A DNA stretch of 64,000 bases, taken from positions 1 through 64,000 of the forward strand of contig JALDZS010000077.1 of NCBI GenBank assembly GCA_022813965.1, in the 5' to 3' direction. A program made the translations under genes and the position numbers. The DNA is from Toensbergia leucococca. Its lineage: Eukaryota. The notes under the pieces are model-generated. The model saw nothing but the letters and a program-made list of their open reading frames with translations, made no database searches and was not told the DNA's origin. Position 1 is the first letter of the stretch. Each line of letters starts with the position of its first letter. Below are positions 61,433-64,000 of the stretch, piece by piece.

Positions 61433-61751
61433 CCCGAATTGGATTATTTGAATTCAGAATTAGATTTGTGTGTAGGAAACCCTGAGTGTTGCCCTCGGTC
61501 CGCTTGGTTTCGCCGGCTTAGCGCTTGACTGAAATAAGCTAATCCTTGCACGGACTAGGTAGGCTCGAGGTAACTAGAATAAGGTAAGATAATGTGGCTC
61601 AGTGATGGCTACGAGGCCTAATATCATCGTCCTACATGTACTCCCCAGAGACATTCAGGAGTTAATAGTCGCTGAATTGTATCCTTTTGGCGAAGAAAAG
61701 TGCTTTCTGGCATCCCAAATCGTCCTCACCTAGACCTAAAGCTAATCAAGC

Positions 61752-62170
61752 ATGGGTTACGTGCTCTACTCCCTCACGTTCCTCTGTCTTATCATTGCTA
61801 GTGGTAAGTTAAGACATATGACTGTAGCATCACCGAGCTGACTTGCGGAGCTCTATACTTTACTCGTAGTCGGTGGATTCATCTTGTCCCCTCGACCGAC
61901 TACATTTATCACCACCTACCTTCATCCTTCGCGAACGACATCGAATCGGGCTTCACGTCTAGTGACTTCGATCTTTCGTCTAATATTACATCCGGAGATT
62001 CACGCGAAGGGCTAGACCAGAAGGGAAAGAGAGAGATACAGAAGATCATGAGAAGCAGAAATGTAGGATTCGATGAGGCAAGGAGGATGTATATTGAGCA
62101 GGGATTTGCGAAGAACAACATCGGGCTAGATGGAAGGCCCAGAGACCCAAAATTTGTGTCTTTCTCATGA
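61752..62170 (+). CDS. DUF2015/UPF0357 (YCL012C-like) small membrane-anchored protein; missed by the ORF track
   Basis: MGYVLYSLTFLCLIIAS|ALYFTRSRW..SFANDIESGFTSSDFDL..GDSREGLD..FDEARR..IGLDGRPRDPKFVSFS*; intron 61804-61850. Confidence 0.85.
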
Positions 62171-62534
62171 AGTTGTACGATAGAATAGCAGGACCGTTTC
62201 ACGAGTGGGCGAGTTGAACCCAAGAGCACTAAAACTTATGGTGACACCTAATAGGTCCTTGACTCACGACCATCATGCCAAGTAGCCACTGTATTAATCC
62301 AGGTGGTTCAACTAATTTGTGTCGTGAAACTGAATCTTTTCAATGCTGTGCGTTTTGGTGTAATACCTGCGATGTCAATTACCATGAATTGTCTAAATTA
62401 GGCTAATTTACAATTATATTCCACTTGGTTCATGCCGGCTGAGTCATGGGCCTAAATGCGCAGGACATTGGTCATTTGTACGACCACTTTTGCATTTTGG
62501 TTGATCTCCTATGTCCATGGCGCTAGCGTCTTCG

Positions 62535-63762
62535 TCATCTCCCACGGCCATACCCCTGTTGTTGAAAGCTAGGTGGTAGCCCTGGCGGAGGCCCTTGGCC
62601 AGGAGGTGGACCAAAGCCTGGTGGAGGACCGAACCCGGGAGGCGGTGGAGCGCCTTGCGGGGGGAACACTTGTTGCTGCTGCTGCTGTTGTTGCTGTTGT
62701 TGTTGTTGTTGTTGTTGTTGTTGCGGTTGTTGTGGAGGATTGAAACTTGGTGGTAAAAACCCTTGCGGGCCGCCGTACCCAGCCTGAGATGGAGGAGGCC
62801 GCGCAGGCAGTCCAGACGGAGGCGCTGGTAGTGGTTGTGACGGAGGAACGGGTCGTTGCTGTTGTGGTAGGGGAACACTTTGATAACTTCCATTTTGTAC
62901 TGCTCCACGCCCATTAGTATAGCCACTCGGAGCATTCGGGACACTGATGCCTGAGCGACCAGGCTCACCGTCTAGCATAGCTGATGGTGCGCTCGGTGTT
63001 CCTCCTGTAAATAAACCCACAGGTAAAGGTTGGCCAATTGGCTGTACGTTGTGTTTCCTTGCCTGAGCAGCGAGCATTCTTTCTGCCTGATCACCATGAC
63101 GTTCTCCTTTGCCGTCCTTCTTATATGCATACTGCACAGATATCTCCTTGTTCATAAGATATTGCCCGTTCATGTTCGCTATAGCTTCGTCGGAAGCTTC
63201 AAAGTTCGAGAAGGAAACAAACCCATAGCCTTTGGATAGATTGGAATCGTCTCGAGCAACCTGGAAGAAAGCTTAGCCTTACCCCCATCAGAAGCCAAAC
63301 GTGAGGAAGCCGAAATTACCTTTGGAGCAGATACAAGGCTGCCGAAACGGCCAAACGTGTCGTACAATGTCTGCTCGGATACCATAGGATCTAGGTTCCC
63401 GATAAAAAGTTCCGCTCCAACTTCTACTGTTTTCTGTTTATCGGCTGACGCCTTGTTTACTCGTATGGGTTTTCCATAAAACCGGACCTGATTCATAATC
63501 CTTGCGGCATAATCTGCGTCTTCTTCGCTAATGAACTCGACAAATCCGTACCCTTGGTGAGTCTGAGTTACTCGGTCCTTAGGAAGATGCACATTGACGA
63601 TCCGTCCAGCCTGCAGCATCAATTCCCACACTAGGCTATCCGAAACTCTTTCATCGAGGTTGCCGATATAGACTGTAGCCTCCTTGTCTTGCTCCCTACG
63701 CAATCTTTAGTACTTTCAACTTTATTACAACGCCAAACTCACCAATGCCGTGCGCCAGACAT
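62535..63762 (-). CDS. HSH49: Splicing factor 3B subunit 4 (SAP49/Hsh49): two RRMs and a Pro/Gln-rich tail, spliced
   Basis: [68 protein letters not shown]. Confidence 0.95.
62670..62723 (-). repeat. Coding (CAA/CAG)18 poly-Gln microsatellite in HSH49
   Basis: ttg/ctg triplet run on plus; Q18 in the translation. Confidence 0.9.
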
Positions 63763-63825
63763 CTTGGCTACTTGGTAAGGTAAATTCCCAGAACCTAGTC
63801 AATTGTGCGTGGCCTACGGAATAGA

Positions 63826-63852
63826 ATGATGATGATGATGATGATGATGATG
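63826..63852. repeat. (ATG)9 microsatellite upstream of HSH49
   Basis: Read directly; 64-90 bp upstream of the start codon. Confidence 0.9.
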
Positions 63853-64000
63853 TCTTCATTCTCTGTCCCAGCAACCGTGGGGTCGCTATGCAGGATCAGC
63901 CATTAAGGTAGGTCTATGGAATAATATGATGAGTTGCGTTTCAGTGGCCCACGCGCTACTGTATTCATGTAGAATATTATATTGACGTAATTTATCTGAT

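Noticed and set aside
31993..63762. Functional gene cluster (secondary metabolism or Starship-type cargo)
   Set aside because: The genes are unrelated conserved housekeeping functions; no backbone enzyme or tyrosine-recombinase captain is visible.

Overview
Eukaryotic, intron-rich filamentous-ascomycete (Pezizomycotina-like) DNA with two sharply different halves. (1) ~1-31.6 kb is an AT-rich, CpG-depleted, RIP-type mutated transposon block. It holds a Tad1/I-like LINE plus two 5'-truncated copies and a 13.5-kb Ty3/Gypsy element (TSD ACTGA) carrying an extra ORF and a nested 2.5-kb gag-only mini-LTR element. It also holds a Fot1/pogo transposon nested in a tiny TA-MITE, a long-TIR Mutator-like MITE, a 92-bp minisatellite and a second RT-less mini-LTR element. 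(2) ~31.7-64 kb is compact euchromatin with 16 spliced housekeeping genes: MSW1, RSM10, PNP1, FCF2, HAP5/hapE, SEC15, mei2-like, RMP1-like, GPI7, DUF2423, SIZ1, TRS33, cytosolic MDH, eL28, DUF2015 and HSH49/SF3B4. Best non-obvious signals: a cryptic 3' intron with tandem acceptors 4 nt apart that would switch MDH from ...PPPK to a PTS1-like ...PPPKL; an intronic box C/D snoRNA in FCF2 predicted to guide 25S Am2256; an un-RIPed foldback MITE 70 bp upstream of the MSW1 ATG; and a TRS33 intron hairpin that sequesters its own 5' splice site. I see no convincing wholly new multi-gene system. All calls were read by eye, and CDS coordinates are outer bounds of spliced models.
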